Position numbers and translations under genes: made by a program. Below, piece by piece: positions 1 through 10,283 of a stretch of DNA of 64,000 bases. Numbering within the stretch: the first letter of the stretch is position 1; every line of letters begins with the position of its first letter. The stretch comes from a virus (lineage: Duplodnaviria > Caudoviricetes). The notes under the pieces were generated by a model that saw nothing but the letters and a program-made list of their open reading frames with translations, had not been told where the DNA came from and ran no database searches. The DNA is taken from positions 32,001-96,000 of IMG/VR virus record IMGVR_UViG_3300021387_000661, one strand, 5' to 3'.

Positions 1-2607
1 AGAGAATGCTTTGAATATTTCCACAACTGTAGATGCCTTTGTTATGTCAAGCGCATTGACGGTATCTACTGTTGTTTTGAATGGTAAGGCAAAGTTCTTT
101 AAAACTTTTATCAATTTTATATTTCCACCATTATTAAGTTTTTGAAGGTCTGCAACATTTAGTATTAAACCATTGATGGTTTTATTTATATTTTTTAATG
201 ATACATCCGGGTTGAAACTTTCCCAAGGTTTAAGGTGTTGTATTACTGGTGAGAATGTTTTTACAATAGTTGATAATGAACCTATCTTTGCAAGCAGATT
301 TCCACCTTCAGCAGCATTGGCCATACCTTCAGCTGCTTTTCCAACAGTCTTACCTATATTTGCAAAAAAATTTCCAACCTTTTGTAGGATTCCACTTTTA
401 TTTTCTGCTTCTTTTAACTCTCTAAGACCAAACAAATCAAGTAAACCATTGATGGTTTTACCCATATTTTCAATAGATTTCTGACCACCATTGTAATTTT
501 CCCAAGGCATTATAGATTCTTTAATCTTTGCTGCCATACCAGTTGCCAGGGCAATGGTTCCCATCTTTATTAATACACCACCGGAATTTAATAATGATGT
601 GGCCAAATCGAGCATTCCACCAGCAAGATGAAGGAGTTTGAAACCTTGAGGGGCAGTATCATCAAGACCAAAAACAGATATCAGTTCTTTTATAGTGTCA
701 CCCATCTTTTGAATTGCATTAACACCATTGTAATTTTCCCAAGGTTTAAGGTTGAGTTTAATGATGTCAGCAAGACCTGTGGCAAGCATAATGGTACCCA
801 TTTTAACCAGGACACCACCAGCACTCATCAATGTACTTGCCAAATCAAGCGGTCCACCTAAAAATCTTAATGTTTTTTGTCCAAAATTTTCATTTGTTTT
901 ATCATTAAGTCCAAATGCATCTTTTAGGGAATAAAAAGCAGTCTTTAAGTTTTCTGCTGCTGGTTTTGCATTGAATTTATTCCAGGGGATTAAGGTAAGT
1001 CTGATAACATCAGCCATACCTGTGGCAAGGGTGATGGTACCCATTTTGGCAATAACCTCTCCACCTTGTAATAAAGCAATTGCCATATCAAGTACTTTAC
1101 CACCAAATTTTTTTAATTTTCCCTTAAGTCCTTCCTTCTTACCATTTTTGTCATCACCAAGACCAAATGCATCTTTCACAGCACCAATACCAATTTCAAG
1201 ATTTTTTGCTGCCTTGACACCATTGAAGTTATCCCATGCCTTTAATCCTTTGTATAAAATTCCAAGTCCAGCTCCGGCAAGGAGTAACTGACCCATAATA
1301 AAGAATGATGAACCAAAATTAAGAACACCCATAGCAATATCCATAACACCCCCAGAAAGTCTTTGGAAAAATGTTTTCTTTTCATTACCCTTTCCCAGTT
1401 CCAGACCAAATATATCTCTCAATCCACCAACTGCTTCTTGTATGTTGGTCATTGCTGTTTTTGTATCCAGAGATCTCCAGGAATCTATCACAACACCAAA
1501 GACACCAAGACCCGCACTCAACAAAAGTAATGAAGCACTACCAACTGCTATGGGTACTGCAAGTAGTCCAACACCTGCTACAGTAAGTCCAACACCTGCT
1601 ATACTTGCCATCATCAATCCAATATCCTTGAGTTTCATATCTTTGACTGCCTTCATCATAAGTCCCAAACCAAGGGCAAAAGTGATGATACTTGTACTCA
1701 TAAGTAGCAAAACTGTGGCACCTTTCTTTACATGTCTGTCCACCTTACTTAAACCAACCATAGTACCTGTCATCAACCAGATGACACCCTTTACAAGAAG
1801 AGCACCAAGCATTGCAGGAATAGCGACAGCTGCTACACCTGTAAGGATTATAGATGTTAAGAACATTGAACCACATGCCTTAAGGATATTGGACATTGAC
1901 TTCTTACCTCTTTCAATTTTGTCTTTGTTCTCATCTATTTTCTGGAACAGTCCAAGAAGTCCTCCATTTTTATCTCTTTTACCACCAAGGAATATTTTCT
2001 GAATTGCCTTTGATCCTCTCTGTGCCGGTCCTGCTATTTTTGCAGTCTTGGCAAGTTTACCCATCATTTCAGTAGAAGTATTGATGAAATTCATTGTGTT
2101 TTCAACTTCTTTCTGATTCTTGAATTCCCTGAACATCTCCAAAGACTTTGACATTATCTGTTTAAGATGTTTGAGTTTTAATTTGGTGAGGATAAAGTCC
2201 TTGATGTTTATATTTTTTAATTTCTTTATGGCATCAATTGAATTGGATAATCCTCCAAATCCCTTGTCATTATTTTCTCCTCTGAAATTATTTCTTGTGA
2301 GTGTTCTGCCTTTATCAGACATTTTATCCATCTTGAGCAGAATTTTATTAAGGGTATTGGATATTGAATTTGTATTTTTGATGAGATTTTTATTACCATT
2401 GGCAGATGTGATTTTACCAGTTAATTTATTTAATCTGTTTTGTTTATCTACATTATCCAATTTTTTGTTTATAGACATCAAAGAAGAAAGGATGCCACCA
2501 CATACGGCGTCCTTTATTTCCTTTACATCGGGTTTGATACTTTTGTTTGTGTCATCAGCGATCTGAGCAAGCTTTGTTGTCAGTGCCTGTAAACTTTTAT
2601 CTGCCAT
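1..2607 (-). CDS. Tape-measure-like protein, N-terminal part (runs off the window start)
   Basis: ATG at 2607 (MADKSLQALTTKLAQIADD...). The frame appears open to position 1. Ala/Gly/Leu/Lys-rich helical sequence with hydrophobic stretches and recurring ~80-aa PW(E/N)xF units. Late promoter at 2632-2639, next to gp4. Missing from the ORF track because it is truncated. Confidence 0.7.
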   Translation of the reverse strand, partial: MADKSLQALTTKLAQIADDTNKSIKPDVKEIKDAVCGGILSSLMSINKKLDNVDKQNRLNKLTGKITSANGNKNLIKNTNSISNTLNKILLKMDKMSDKGRTLTRNNFRGENNDKGFGGLSNSIDAIKKLKNINIKDFILTKLKLKHLKQIMSKSLEMFREFKNQKEVENTMNFINTSTEMMGKLAKTAKIAGPAQRGSKAIQKIFLGGKRDKNGGLLGLFQKIDENKDKIERGKKSMSNILKACGSMFLTSIILTGVAAVAIPAMLGALLVKGVIWLMTGTMVGLSKVDRHVKKGATVLLLMSTSIITFALGLGLMMKAVKDMKLKDIGLMMASIAGVGLTVAGVGLLAVPIAVGSASLLLLSAGLGVFGVVIDSWRSLDTKTAMTNIQEAVGGLRDIFGLELGKGNEKKTFFQRLSGGVMDIAMGVLNFGSSFFIMGQLLLAGAGLGILYKGLKAWDNFNGVKAAKNLEIGIGAVKDAFGLGDDKNGKKEGLKGKLKKFGGKVLDMAIALLQGGEVIAKMGTITLATGMADVIRLTLIPWNKFNAKPAAENLKTAFYSLKDAFGLNDKTNENFGQKTLRFLGGPLDLASTLMSAGGVLVKMGTIMLATGLADIIKLNLKPWENYNGVNAIQKMGDTIKELISVFGLDDTAPQGFKLLHLAGGMLDLATSLLNSGGVLIKMGTIALATGMAAKIKESIMPWENYNGGQKSIENMGKTINGLLDLFGLRELKEAENKSGILQKVGNFFANIGKTVGKAAEGMANAAEGGNLLAKIGSLSTIVKTFSPVIQHLKPWESFNPDVSLKNINKTINGLILNVADLQKLNNGGNIKLIKVLKNFALPFKTTVDTVNALDITKASTVVEIFKAFS

Positions 2608-2641
2608 TAAATGCAATTATCTTATGTATTATATTTATGAC

Positions 2642-3133
2642 TCAAAGGAAATTAAGGTTGGATTTTTCAGTTACATAAACAAAGTTGTAACCATTTTCAG
2701 CACACCATTTTTTAGCATACTGTCTCTTGCAGGTATTCTTTATGAATGCCTCCATCAGGTAGTTGTAATTCTGAACCGCCTTGAGTGTTTTTCTTTTTGG
2801 TTCTTCTGGCTTCTGTAATTGTGATGTAGGTTTTACCTCTACAATATATTTCACAATCTTACCATCTGGTTTCTGATAAGCAAAGTAGAAATCAGGATAA
2901 TAGGTGTGTATTCTGTTGTCCAGGGTGTAGAAATACTTGATGGACACGGGTTCAGAAGCCCACTCCACCACTTCAGGTGTGAGATCCAACCATTTACATA
3001 ATTTAAATTCCCAGGAAGACCTATATATAATCTGTTTTGAATTGGTCTTATATTTTTGTGGATAGGAAGGTTCATAGTAACCTTGCTTGAACTGTCCACC
3101 CCTTTTGGGTTTCAGGTCTTTTATTCCTGCCAT
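2642..3133 (-). CDS. gp4: Head completion nuclease (T4 gp4-like, TnsA-type PD-(D/E)XK)
   Basis: Motifs YRSSWE, WASEP, YYPDF, EVKP are typical of T4 gp4. Confidence 0.9.
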   Translation of the reverse strand: MAGIKDLKPKRGGQFKQGYYEPSYPQKYKTNSKQIIYRSSWEFKLCKWLDLTPEVVEWASEPVSIKYFYTLDNRIHTYYPDFYFAYQKPDGKIVKYIVEVKPTSQLQKPEEPKRKTLKAVQNYNYLMEAFIKNTCKRQYAKKWCAENGYNFVYVTEKSNLNFL

Positions 3134-3171
3134 AAATTTGTTATTTTTACAAAAGATAATTATATATATTT

Positions 3172-3867
3172 ATGGAAAATAATAGTTTTTACACAAAAGG
3201 AGAGAAAGAAGAAATTGTTTCCAGGATAAATCAAGTACATACAATAACTATGTTTTGTCCCATTGGAGATTATTGTGTGCAGTCATTGAAAAATTCATTT
3301 GAGACGATGTTACCTAAATATAAGAAATCAGATGACCTGTGGAAGGGAATACCCGCCATTGAAGCATTGAATGCATTTGTTTTTACAATTTCATTTTTAA
3401 ATACATCTGGTCTGGATGTTAATAAAGATATATTTGGTATAATCGCTGGCTCATTGAAGATGTTTAAAAAATTGAAGAAAATCAATTTTAAGTTTACAGA
3501 TGATGCTGATATCGCCGATACATATGACAGTCTACTGAAAAAATCCAAAGAGGGAGTGAAAAGATGTATATATAATGTTGATGTTCTTGAAATGAATCTT
3601 TCTGATATGTTTTCTCAATCAATCATAGATTTGTTGAACAAGGTGTTTGTATATAATGAACTTATTCCAAATTCATATCTTGAGAGAAAATTCAAATTGG
3701 ATTTTAAATATGATGAGTATATTACATTTATGGATATGTTCATAAGTAACAATAGGGATAATTTAAATTTATTGGACAGTAAGATATGTGATTACTTCAG
3801 GTCATTTCCTCCATTGGTAAATGAACATAAACCCAAAATAAGAATTATAACCAATTATATTGATTAA
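3172..3867 (+). CDS. Hypothetical protein
   Basis: 231-aa ORF, TTTGTTATTTTTA motif upstream. Confidence 0.7.
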   Translation: MENNSFYTKGEKEEIVSRINQVHTITMFCPIGDYCVQSLKNSFETMLPKYKKSDDLWKGIPAIEALNAFVFTISFLNTSGLDVNKDIFGIIAGSLKMFKKLKKINFKFTDDADIADTYDSLLKKSKEGVKRCIYNVDVLEMNLSDMFSQSIIDLLNKVFVYNELIPNSYLERKFKLDFKYDEYITFMDMFISNNRDNLNLLDSKICDYFRSFPPLVNEHKPKIRIITNYID

Positions 3868-3890
3868 TACAATTTGTTATATTTAATTAT

Positions 3891-5075
3891 ATGAAAAGAT
3901 TTACATTAATTATAGATGGACATAATTTCTTTTACAGAAGTATCTGGTCTACATTTAAACAGAGTAGTAAGAAGATACTTACCACCCAGAAAGATATGGA
4001 TACTTTTGAGAAGAAATTGATGGTTGATTTCTGTGCTGTCATCAAGCAGTTGGGACCAGTCATCAATGATGTTGTTTTCATTAGGGACAGTCATTCTTGG
4101 AGAAAGGATTTACTTCTTCAACAGGAGTATAAAGGAAATAGAAAGAAAGTCCAGGAAGAGATAGACAAGAATGGTTTTAATACAGTTACTGCAAACTTTA
4201 TTGATACATTGAGAAATATTGGTGTCAAGGTTAGTTATGCAGAAAGGAGTGAGGGTGATGATTTGATTTATGCCTGGAGTGAACATCTCTTTAATGAAGG
4301 TAAGTCAAGTCTTATCTTGTCAACAGATAAAGACCTCAATCAACTTGTGAAGTGTGTTGATGGTGTCCATATCATTCAATATGGACCAGTAAATAATAAA
4401 CTGTGGGTATCAGAAGGTACTAAAAAGTTTATTGACAAGTTGAATGAGAAACATGAAGTCACCCAGGAGAATCTGTTCAATGAGATATTCACCATCTCCA
4501 TTGAGAATGATCCATTTGAGAGATTTATTGAAACAACCAATGTTGAAGTAGTGGATCCCGAAGTGGTGAGATTTATGAAGATTATAGGTGGTGATACTTC
4601 TGATAACATATATCCTGTGTATTATAAACCAGGTACAGAAACAACAAAGGCAAAGGGTCTTGGTCCAAAGACTGTTGAGAAGATATACAACCAATTCAAG
4701 GAGAAACTTGGATGTGAGTTTGACTATCATATCTATGGTCAGGAAGATACAGTCAAGATGCTGTGTAATATCATTTATGATGTTGCAAAAATCAATGATG
4801 AGAACTTTACCAGGAGGATGTTGTATGAGAATATAAAGACCAATGCATCTTTGGTATCTTTAACAAGTGAAACCATTCCTGAAGATGTGTTGAATAATAT
4901 GTCAACAGATATTCTTCTTGAAGATTCAAAGAATCCAGTTATTCTTTCAAAAATTACAAAGGAGACTATTTTCTCAAAATCAAGATTCAAGGATTATAAA
5001 TCCAGTATCCAAATGAGAAGTAATGTGATGAAAGGAGTTAAGGATGATGGTGATATGAGTTTTATAAAAGGATAA
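3891..5075 (+). CDS. rnh: RNase H / 5'-3' flap exonuclease (T4 rnh-like)
   Basis: LIIDGHN, YKGNR, EGDDLI, STDKDLNQL, GGDTSDNI motifs. Confidence 0.92.
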   Translation: MKRFTLIIDGHNFFYRSIWSTFKQSSKKILTTQKDMDTFEKKLMVDFCAVIKQLGPVINDVVFIRDSHSWRKDLLLQQEYKGNRKKVQEEIDKNGFNTVTANFIDTLRNIGVKVSYAERSEGDDLIYAWSEHLFNEGKSSLILSTDKDLNQLVKCVDGVHIIQYGPVNNKLWVSEGTKKFIDKLNEKHEVTQENLFNEIFTISIENDPFERFIETTNVEVVDPEVVRFMKIIGGDTSDNIYPVYYKPGTETTKAKGLGPKTVEKIYNQFKEKLGCEFDYHIYGQEDTVKMLCNIIYDVAKINDENFTRRMLYENIKTNASLVSLTSETIPEDVLNNMSTDILLEDSKNPVILSKITKETIFSKSRFKDYKSSIQMRSNVMKGVKDDGDMSFIKG

Positions 5076-5285
5076 ATGATGAGTAAAACTGTGATAAAGA
5101 TAAGAAGAAAGACTGATGGTAAAATCCTGACAGATGTTATAAATGATGTCTGTCAGGTTCATAATATCTATGATGGTGACAATCTAATTCTTTCTGAAAA
5201 GGAATGGTTTATTGGGTATTCAGAGTGTGATGGATTTTTTGAAACATCTGATTTTGAGGAGGTTAAAGATGAAAGAGTTTTTTGA
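5076..5285 (+). CDS. Small hypothetical protein
   Basis: 69-aa ORF tightly packed in the operon. Confidence 0.6.
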   Translation: MMSKTVIKIRRKTDGKILTDVINDVCQVHNIYDGDNLILSEKEWFIGYSECDGFFETSDFEEVKDERVF

Positions 5286-5739
5286 GGTTTTGAACTGTTA
5301 TTGTAATAGAAATTCTGGAGCAGTAACAAAAGATGAAAAAAGAAAATATTCATATCTTTTACGTAGAGTATTTTCTGCACAGTTTCCTCTTCAGTGTGAG
5401 TTGGTGAACAGGTTGGACAGTGATCCACTTGTTGATGCAGAAGTTATATCTTTACTTGCCTTGAGGTTTAATGGACTTCCATCTTTTCTTAAGACCAGGA
5501 TAGATCAGAAAAAGAAGAAGGAGACTATCAGGACTTATTATGAGGATGAGGTATTGAATAAGTATATGGAGATAAATGAGTGCGGTATTAGGGAAGTTGA
5601 AGAGGCATATGCTGTCAATAAATCAGAAGTGGATAATGCACTTAAACTCATCAAGTCTAATTTCTTTAATAATAAGGAAAAGGTCTTGGTGAATAAGAAT
5701 ACCAATAAAGAAGAAGAAACTGAAAAAACATTATTTTAA
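5269..5739 (+). CDS. Probable clamp-loader small subunit (T4 gp62-like)
   Basis: Likely start ATG 5269 (MKEFFEVLN). Size and pattern (YSYLLRRVFS...ELVNRL...KKKK...KYMEINECGIREVEEA) resemble gp62. Confidence 0.45.
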   Translation: MKEFFEVLNCYCNRNSGAVTKDEKRKYSYLLRRVFSAQFPLQCELVNRLDSDPLVDAEVISLLALRFNGLPSFLKTRIDQKKKKETIRTYYEDEVLNKYMEINECGIREVEEAYAVNKSEVDNALKLIKSNFFNNKEKVLVNKNTNKEEETEKTLF

Positions 5740-5741
5740 TT

Positions 5742-5942
5742 ATGGAAGTCGAGACTAAATTTAATATTGGTGATAATGTTTATTTTATTACTGATAATAA
5801 AGTTCAGAAAATGGACATAACTGGTATCTCAATATCTGTAAATGGTAATGAATCAAATATTGAATACACATTACACTTTGACACTAATATCAATGAAAAT
5901 TTGGTATTTGCATCAAAGGAAGAACTATTAAAATCATTGTAA
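5742..5942 (+). CDS. Small hypothetical protein (paralog of next gene)
   Basis: TKFNIGDNVYF...SKEELLKSL. Confidence 0.7.
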   Translation: MEVETKFNIGDNVYFITDNKVQKMDITGISISVNGNESNIEYTLHFDTNINENLVFASKEELLKSL

Positions 5943-5943
5943 T

Positions 5944-6198
5944 ATGAAAAAGGAATTTAAGTATAAGCCGGGAGACCTTGTTTGGTTTATGCATGAAAAT
6001 AAACCAATCTGTGCTAAAATTTCAAGGGCTTTATATAGGAAGTCTATTAGTTGTGTTGATTTTGAGACTATATCTGAATCAGAAAGATATTATGTTACTT
6101 TACATATAAAGGATGCACCTTGTGCTTTAAAAGAACTTGGTGATTATGGAACAGAGGATTTGTTTGATGATAAACAGAGTTTATTAAAATCCTTATAA
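5944..6198 (+). CDS. Small hypothetical protein (paralog of previous gene)
   Basis: FKYKPGDLVWF...DKQSLLKSL. Confidence 0.7.
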   Translation: MKKEFKYKPGDLVWFMHENKPICAKISRALYRKSISCVDFETISESERYYVTLHIKDAPCALKELGDYGTEDLFDDKQSLLKSL

Positions 6199-6243
6199 TT
6201 TGTTATTTTTAAAGTATAGTTTTTAATTATTAATATAAAAAAT

Positions 6244-7068
6244 ATGGCAGAAGAAAAAAAAGTTATTACTGATGAGCAGGTAAATGCCACAGTTGAAAGG
6301 GTAAAGGAACTTAATGAGGCCCGTGCTGAACTTGTTTCATTGAAGGAAGAACTTGCTGGTCACCAGAAAGATTTGGCAAATGCTGAAACTATTTTTGGTG
6401 TCAAGTCAAATGAGTATGAACTTCAGAGGGGACATGTTGATAATACCACTTCTAGAATTGAGGAGGTAGAAAAGAAGGTTGCAGAACTTTCTTTCAAGAA
6501 GTCAGAACTCAAGCCAGTTCTTGATGAGTTGGCAAAGAGGTTTGAGGATGCATATAAGAATGATACTTCAAAGGAGTATCATATTGAGGTTGGTCCAAGA
6601 CCGGAAAAGGAAGATGAACCTGTTGATGGTTCAAAGGGTAAGAAGGTATTCAAGCAGCTTCTTGAGTATCTTAATCATAATGTAAACTTTACAGCAAAGA
6701 GTGCCGTAAACCTTTTGGTTCTTGTCCGTAATATGGAAGAGAACAAAGCCTGGGTTAATTCCAAGGAGTTTGACAATGTCATCATTCTCCGTTCTGCAAG
6801 TGTTCTCAGTTTGTGGAGATGTATTATGGAAGATTTTTCCGGAAAGGGATTTTTTGAGGCTAGGACATTCCTTGAGTGTTGGGCAAATTGTGGTCAGTCT
6901 ATTTCTGATGCTGTTCGTAAAATCCAGAAGGATAATGCTGCAACTCGTGAAATAGGTACTCAACTTAACACAGTTGAAGAAGAGTTTGACCGTAGTGAGG
7001 ATGATCTTCCAAAGGAAGAGCAGCAGATTACCACCCAGGAGGAAGTTGCACCAGAAGTTTCAGAGTAA
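6244..7068 (+). CDS. Hypothetical coiled-coil protein
   Basis: 274-aa ORF, own promoter motif at 6199, terminator after. Confidence 0.75.
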   Translation: MAEEKKVITDEQVNATVERVKELNEARAELVSLKEELAGHQKDLANAETIFGVKSNEYELQRGHVDNTTSRIEEVEKKVAELSFKKSELKPVLDELAKRFEDAYKNDTSKEYHIEVGPRPEKEDEPVDGSKGKKVFKQLLEYLNHNVNFTAKSAVNLLVLVRNMEENKAWVNSKEFDNVIILRSASVLSLWRCIMEDFSGKGFFEARTFLECWANCGQSISDAVRKIQKDNAATREIGTQLNTVEEEFDRSEDDLPKEEQQITTQEEVAPEVSE

Positions 7069-7079
7069 TAAATTGAACT

Positions 7080-7114
7080 GGTTTCCTGGATATTAAATAT
7101 TCAGGAAACCTTTT
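7080..7114 (+). terminator. Intrinsic terminator
   Basis: GGTTTCCTGGATATT/AATATTCAGGAAACC stem followed by TTTT. Confidence 0.75.
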
Positions 7115-7170
7115 ACATAAATACTTTGTATGTTTAACCGTTCCATTCAGGAACATTAATGAAATAATAA

Positions 7171-8340
7171 ATGGGTATTTTAACTCAAAGAGTAGAAATT
7201 TATTCTGATTCAGATCCACTGAATTCTTATTTTGTAGACATTCCTGTACATAAAGGTGAGAAAATTATGTGTCATGAACCATATGTTCTTGATGCATTGA
7301 AGATGTATGCACAGTCTTGTTCTGATGAAGTGATGGATGAAATTGCCCAGTATGAAAGATTGGGTAAATTCAAGGATGTTAGGGAGGGATGTATATCTCA
7401 TTATGATGAAAAGAAATCATCTGTTGATATTTCCCTCTCACAGAAACATTCGGTTGCTGTAACTGTCAACCGTAATGAGAAGGTCAATGTTGGAGATAAG
7501 ATTGATGTTGTTGTCACCAAGGCAAGAGGACATCTTTTTGCTGATGCTTCTTCAAAGACTGCACAGGTTGAGAGGTTGAGACAGGAACTCATCAAGGAAA
7601 TCCAGACACCTACATCTGCATATATTGGACATGTCAAGGAGATTGTCTATAATGGTGCAAATGTATTTAATGGTTTTATTGTCGACATCAAGGGTGTGAA
7701 GTGCTTTATGCCTGGTACAGAGTCTGATGTTGTTCCTCTTAATGACTTCAATGAACTCCTTGGTCAGGATCTCTATGTGATGCCTGTAAACCAGATTAAG
7801 GACAGCATCATTGTTTCCCATAAGGAATTCCTCAACACAAAGAAACCAAGTGTTCTTGATAGACTTGAGAATCTTGAAAAGGGTACAGTCATTACTGGTG
7901 TTGTTTCTTCTATCAAGCATTTTGGTGCATTCATTCTTATTGATGAGTGTGTTGCAACATTGCTTTCTGTATCTGAAATGAATGAGGTGACAGAGGCAAA
8001 GTTTAAGTCAGGTCAGTTGAAGGTGGGTGATTCTATTGACTTCTACATTGACAGTATCAGTGATGAGAAGGTTAGTGTTACCCAGACTGTAAGTAAGACT
8101 GAAGGTTGGGATAAACTGAAAGAGACAATTGATAAGACACCTGATTATAAGTTGAAGGGTGTAGTAAAGAACATCTTTGACAATGGTGTTGTCATCCTTT
8201 CAGAAGAATTCAATGGTATCACATTCTTCTTGTCATCAAAAGTTGTTGAACTTGACAAACTGACTGTTGGCCAGGAAGTGGAACTTCCAGTGGAGAATGT
8301 TGATGTAGTCAAGAAGACCGTAAGGTTGAAGATTGCTTAA
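7171..8340 (+). CDS. Ribosomal protein S1-like multi-OB-fold RNA-binding protein
   Basis: S1 repeats: GFIVDIKGVKCFMPG, ITGVVSSIKHFGAFI...LLSVSEM...LKVGD. Confidence 0.82.
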   Translation: MGILTQRVEIYSDSDPLNSYFVDIPVHKGEKIMCHEPYVLDALKMYAQSCSDEVMDEIAQYERLGKFKDVREGCISHYDEKKSSVDISLSQKHSVAVTVNRNEKVNVGDKIDVVVTKARGHLFADASSKTAQVERLRQELIKEIQTPTSAYIGHVKEIVYNGANVFNGFIVDIKGVKCFMPGTESDVVPLNDFNELLGQDLYVMPVNQIKDSIIVSHKEFLNTKKPSVLDRLENLEKGTVITGVVSSIKHFGAFILIDECVATLLSVSEMNEVTEAKFKSGQLKVGDSIDFYIDSISDEKVSVTQTVSKTEGWDKLKETIDKTPDYKLKGVVKNIFDNGVVILSEEFNGITFFLSSKVVELDKLTVGQEVELPVENVDVVKKTVRLKIA

Positions 8341-8360
8341 ACACTGATTCACAAAATTTT

Positions 8361-8394
8361 AAGTGGTTATTCCTAATGGAATGACCACTTTTTT
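8361..8394 (+). terminator. Intrinsic terminator directly followed by a late promoter
   Basis: AAGTGGTTATTCC-TAAT-GGAATGACCACTT plus T-run, then CATAAATA. Confidence 0.8.
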
Positions 8395-8425
8395 CATAAA
8401 TACATATATATAATATGATTATTGT

Positions 8426-9004
8426 ATGGCTTTTTTAAGCGGTAAAAATAATAACTTTAAGTTTGAATTCCCAAAGTATTTTGTACCAGATGAGATAGAC
8501 AAGAAGTATAGTCCATTATTGAACAGAATCCCAGGTAATATGTGTACTACAGTTGTGGACTTTATCAATTATAGTATTATGTCTGTTGAGATTGAAGTGA
8601 ATCCAGGAGAATATGATCCTATTGAACAGAGAGACAGGGGAACACCATTTAGAAGATTGTCAAGGTCTGGTTTCTACCCAGATTATTTGTTTGCAAAGAA
8701 TATCACAATTACCTTCCAGTTGGATTCTGCATATTTAATTTGGAGTATTATGGTTGATTTGTTCTATTATTATTATTGTTGGGATAAAAAGGATGATGAA
8801 AAATATATACCACAGTTACCTGGAATGGAAATATTGGACAGTTATAATAAGGTTTTGTATAGGATTAGTTTCTTCAATTTGTTATATACAGGTATCAGTG
8901 GTCTTGAATTTAATTTCTCATCAAATGGTATTGAGCAGAAAACAATAACCACCAACTGGGTTGCCAATGAAATATTGATGGATTTTGAACCATCACATGT
9001 GTAA
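8426..9004 (+). CDS. Tail tube-fold protein (gp19/gp3/gp54-like)
   Basis: NNFKFEFP...ITITFQLD...ISGLEFNFS pattern, late promoter at 8395. Confidence 0.5.
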   Translation: MAFLSGKNNNFKFEFPKYFVPDEIDKKYSPLLNRIPGNMCTTVVDFINYSIMSVEIEVNPGEYDPIEQRDRGTPFRRLSRSGFYPDYLFAKNITITFQLDSAYLIWSIMVDLFYYYYCWDKKDDEKYIPQLPGMEILDSYNKVLYRISFFNLLYTGISGLEFNFSSNGIEQKTITTNWVANEILMDFEPSHV

Positions 9005-9005
9005 A

Positions 9006-9041
9006 ATAAAAGAGAGAGTGTTTAACTCTCTCTTCTTTTTT
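9006..9041. terminator. Bidirectional terminator between convergent genes
   Basis: AGAGAGAGT-GTTTA-ACTCTCTCT flanked by A and T runs. Confidence 0.75.
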
Positions 9042-9984
9042 ATTCTTTTTCTGTATTATCAGAATCTGAATCATCTGATTTTTCACCAAATTTGTCAAAG
9101 TGATAAGATTCTTTGATAGAAGGATAATCCTCATATACAAACTCATCAAATGACTTGACTGCACTTTCTGTAAATGCTGTGAGTTTGTAGTTTGTTGAAT
9201 CAATAAGAGCAAGGAACTCATCAATGGTAGAATTTATTTCAGAGTGGTCTCCAAGGACACACTTATTATTTTCCACAAATGCCTTGAGTTCAGTAAGGTA
9301 TTCACCCTCTGTCTTGCCATCCCCTACAATGCAGTTTACAAATGGGTCTTCAATCACACCACAGATACCTTGGTACTGTTCAATAATGTCATCTACAATA
9401 TCAAGCGCTTTTTCATAGAATTCATTAAGAGTAACATGGATGTGATGCTTTCTTGTCTTTAGGTGGAATCTCCAAACAATAGTAACACATTCCTGGATTG
9501 TACCAAAGAAATTGGCAACAGTAACAACACTATCACAAGGTTTCATACCACTATTATCACAAGAGGTACAACAACCATCTGTAGGATTCTCATCACCACA
9601 TTCAGGTGTAACATCTGAAACAACAGGTGCTGGGTCTTCTGGGATGATAGGATCAACCACATCAGTTGGAGTACAAGTAACCTCACTACCAGGTTCTTCA
9701 ACAGGTGCATCAACAGGTATATCTTGTATTGGTGGAACAGTGTCTGCCAATGGTGCAGGTTCTTCAACAGGTGCTGGAATCACATCATCAGTTGGCGCAA
9801 GTGTCTGGTCTTCTGTTGATACAACTGGTTCATCAATAGTAGGTATCAATGTATCATCAATATCTGAATCTTCTGTTGATATGTTGTTATCTATAACATT
9901 TTCATCTTCATTCTGAAGGTTATCCTCATTGATGACTGTGGAGTTTTCTACAGTCTGTTCAATTACTTTTTCTTCTTTTTTCAT
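9040..9984 (-). CDS. Ferritin/Dps-like (DUF5856-like) protein with acidic Pro-rich N-terminus
   Basis: WRFHLKT...H..LNEFYE....DDIIEQYQG four-helix-bundle motif, late promoter 10013-10020. Confidence 0.65.
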   Translation of the reverse strand: MKKEEKVIEQTVENSTVINEDNLQNEDENVIDNNISTEDSDIDDTLIPTIDEPVVSTEDQTLAPTDDVIPAPVEEPAPLADTVPPIQDIPVDAPVEEPGSEVTCTPTDVVDPIIPEDPAPVVSDVTPECGDENPTDGCCTSCDNSGMKPCDSVVTVANFFGTIQECVTIVWRFHLKTRKHHIHVTLNEFYEKALDIVDDIIEQYQGICGVIEDPFVNCIVGDGKTEGEYLTELKAFVENNKCVLGDHSEINSTIDEFLALIDSTNYKLTAFTESAVKSFDEFVYEDYPSIKESYHFDKFGEKSDDSDSDNTEKE

Positions 9985-10015
9985 AATTAATTGTTTTATA
10001 AGTTTATATAACTAT

Positions 10016-10270
10016 TTATGAGTTAGTTCGAGTAATAGTAAAAGTTGGAGTATTGAGAACATAATGATTATCACCTTGATCAGCATTTATAATTGAAACT
10101 GTAATATTATCTTTATTTACATCATGCCAACCCTCTAACTCTATCTCTTTAAAAGTACCACTATTTAGATCAGTAATGGTTATAGGATTACAATCTGGAT
10201 GATTTAATTCAAGTGATAACTTTTGATTGTTAGCATTAGTTTGTTTGATTTTAATTTTATAAGTAGCCAT
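10016..10270 (-). CDS. Small beta-rich protein
   Basis: 84-aa ORF at the end of the baseplate operon. Confidence 0.55.
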   Translation of the reverse strand: MATYKIKIKQTNANNQKLSLELNHPDCNPITITDLNSGTFKEIELEGWHDVNKDNITVSIINADQGDNHYVLNTPTFTITRTNS

Positions 10271-10283
10271 ATTTTATTTATAT

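Noticed and set aside
173-2566. Series of plus-strand ORFs in the ORF track
   Set aside because: Antisense shadows of the long minus-strand tape-measure-like gene
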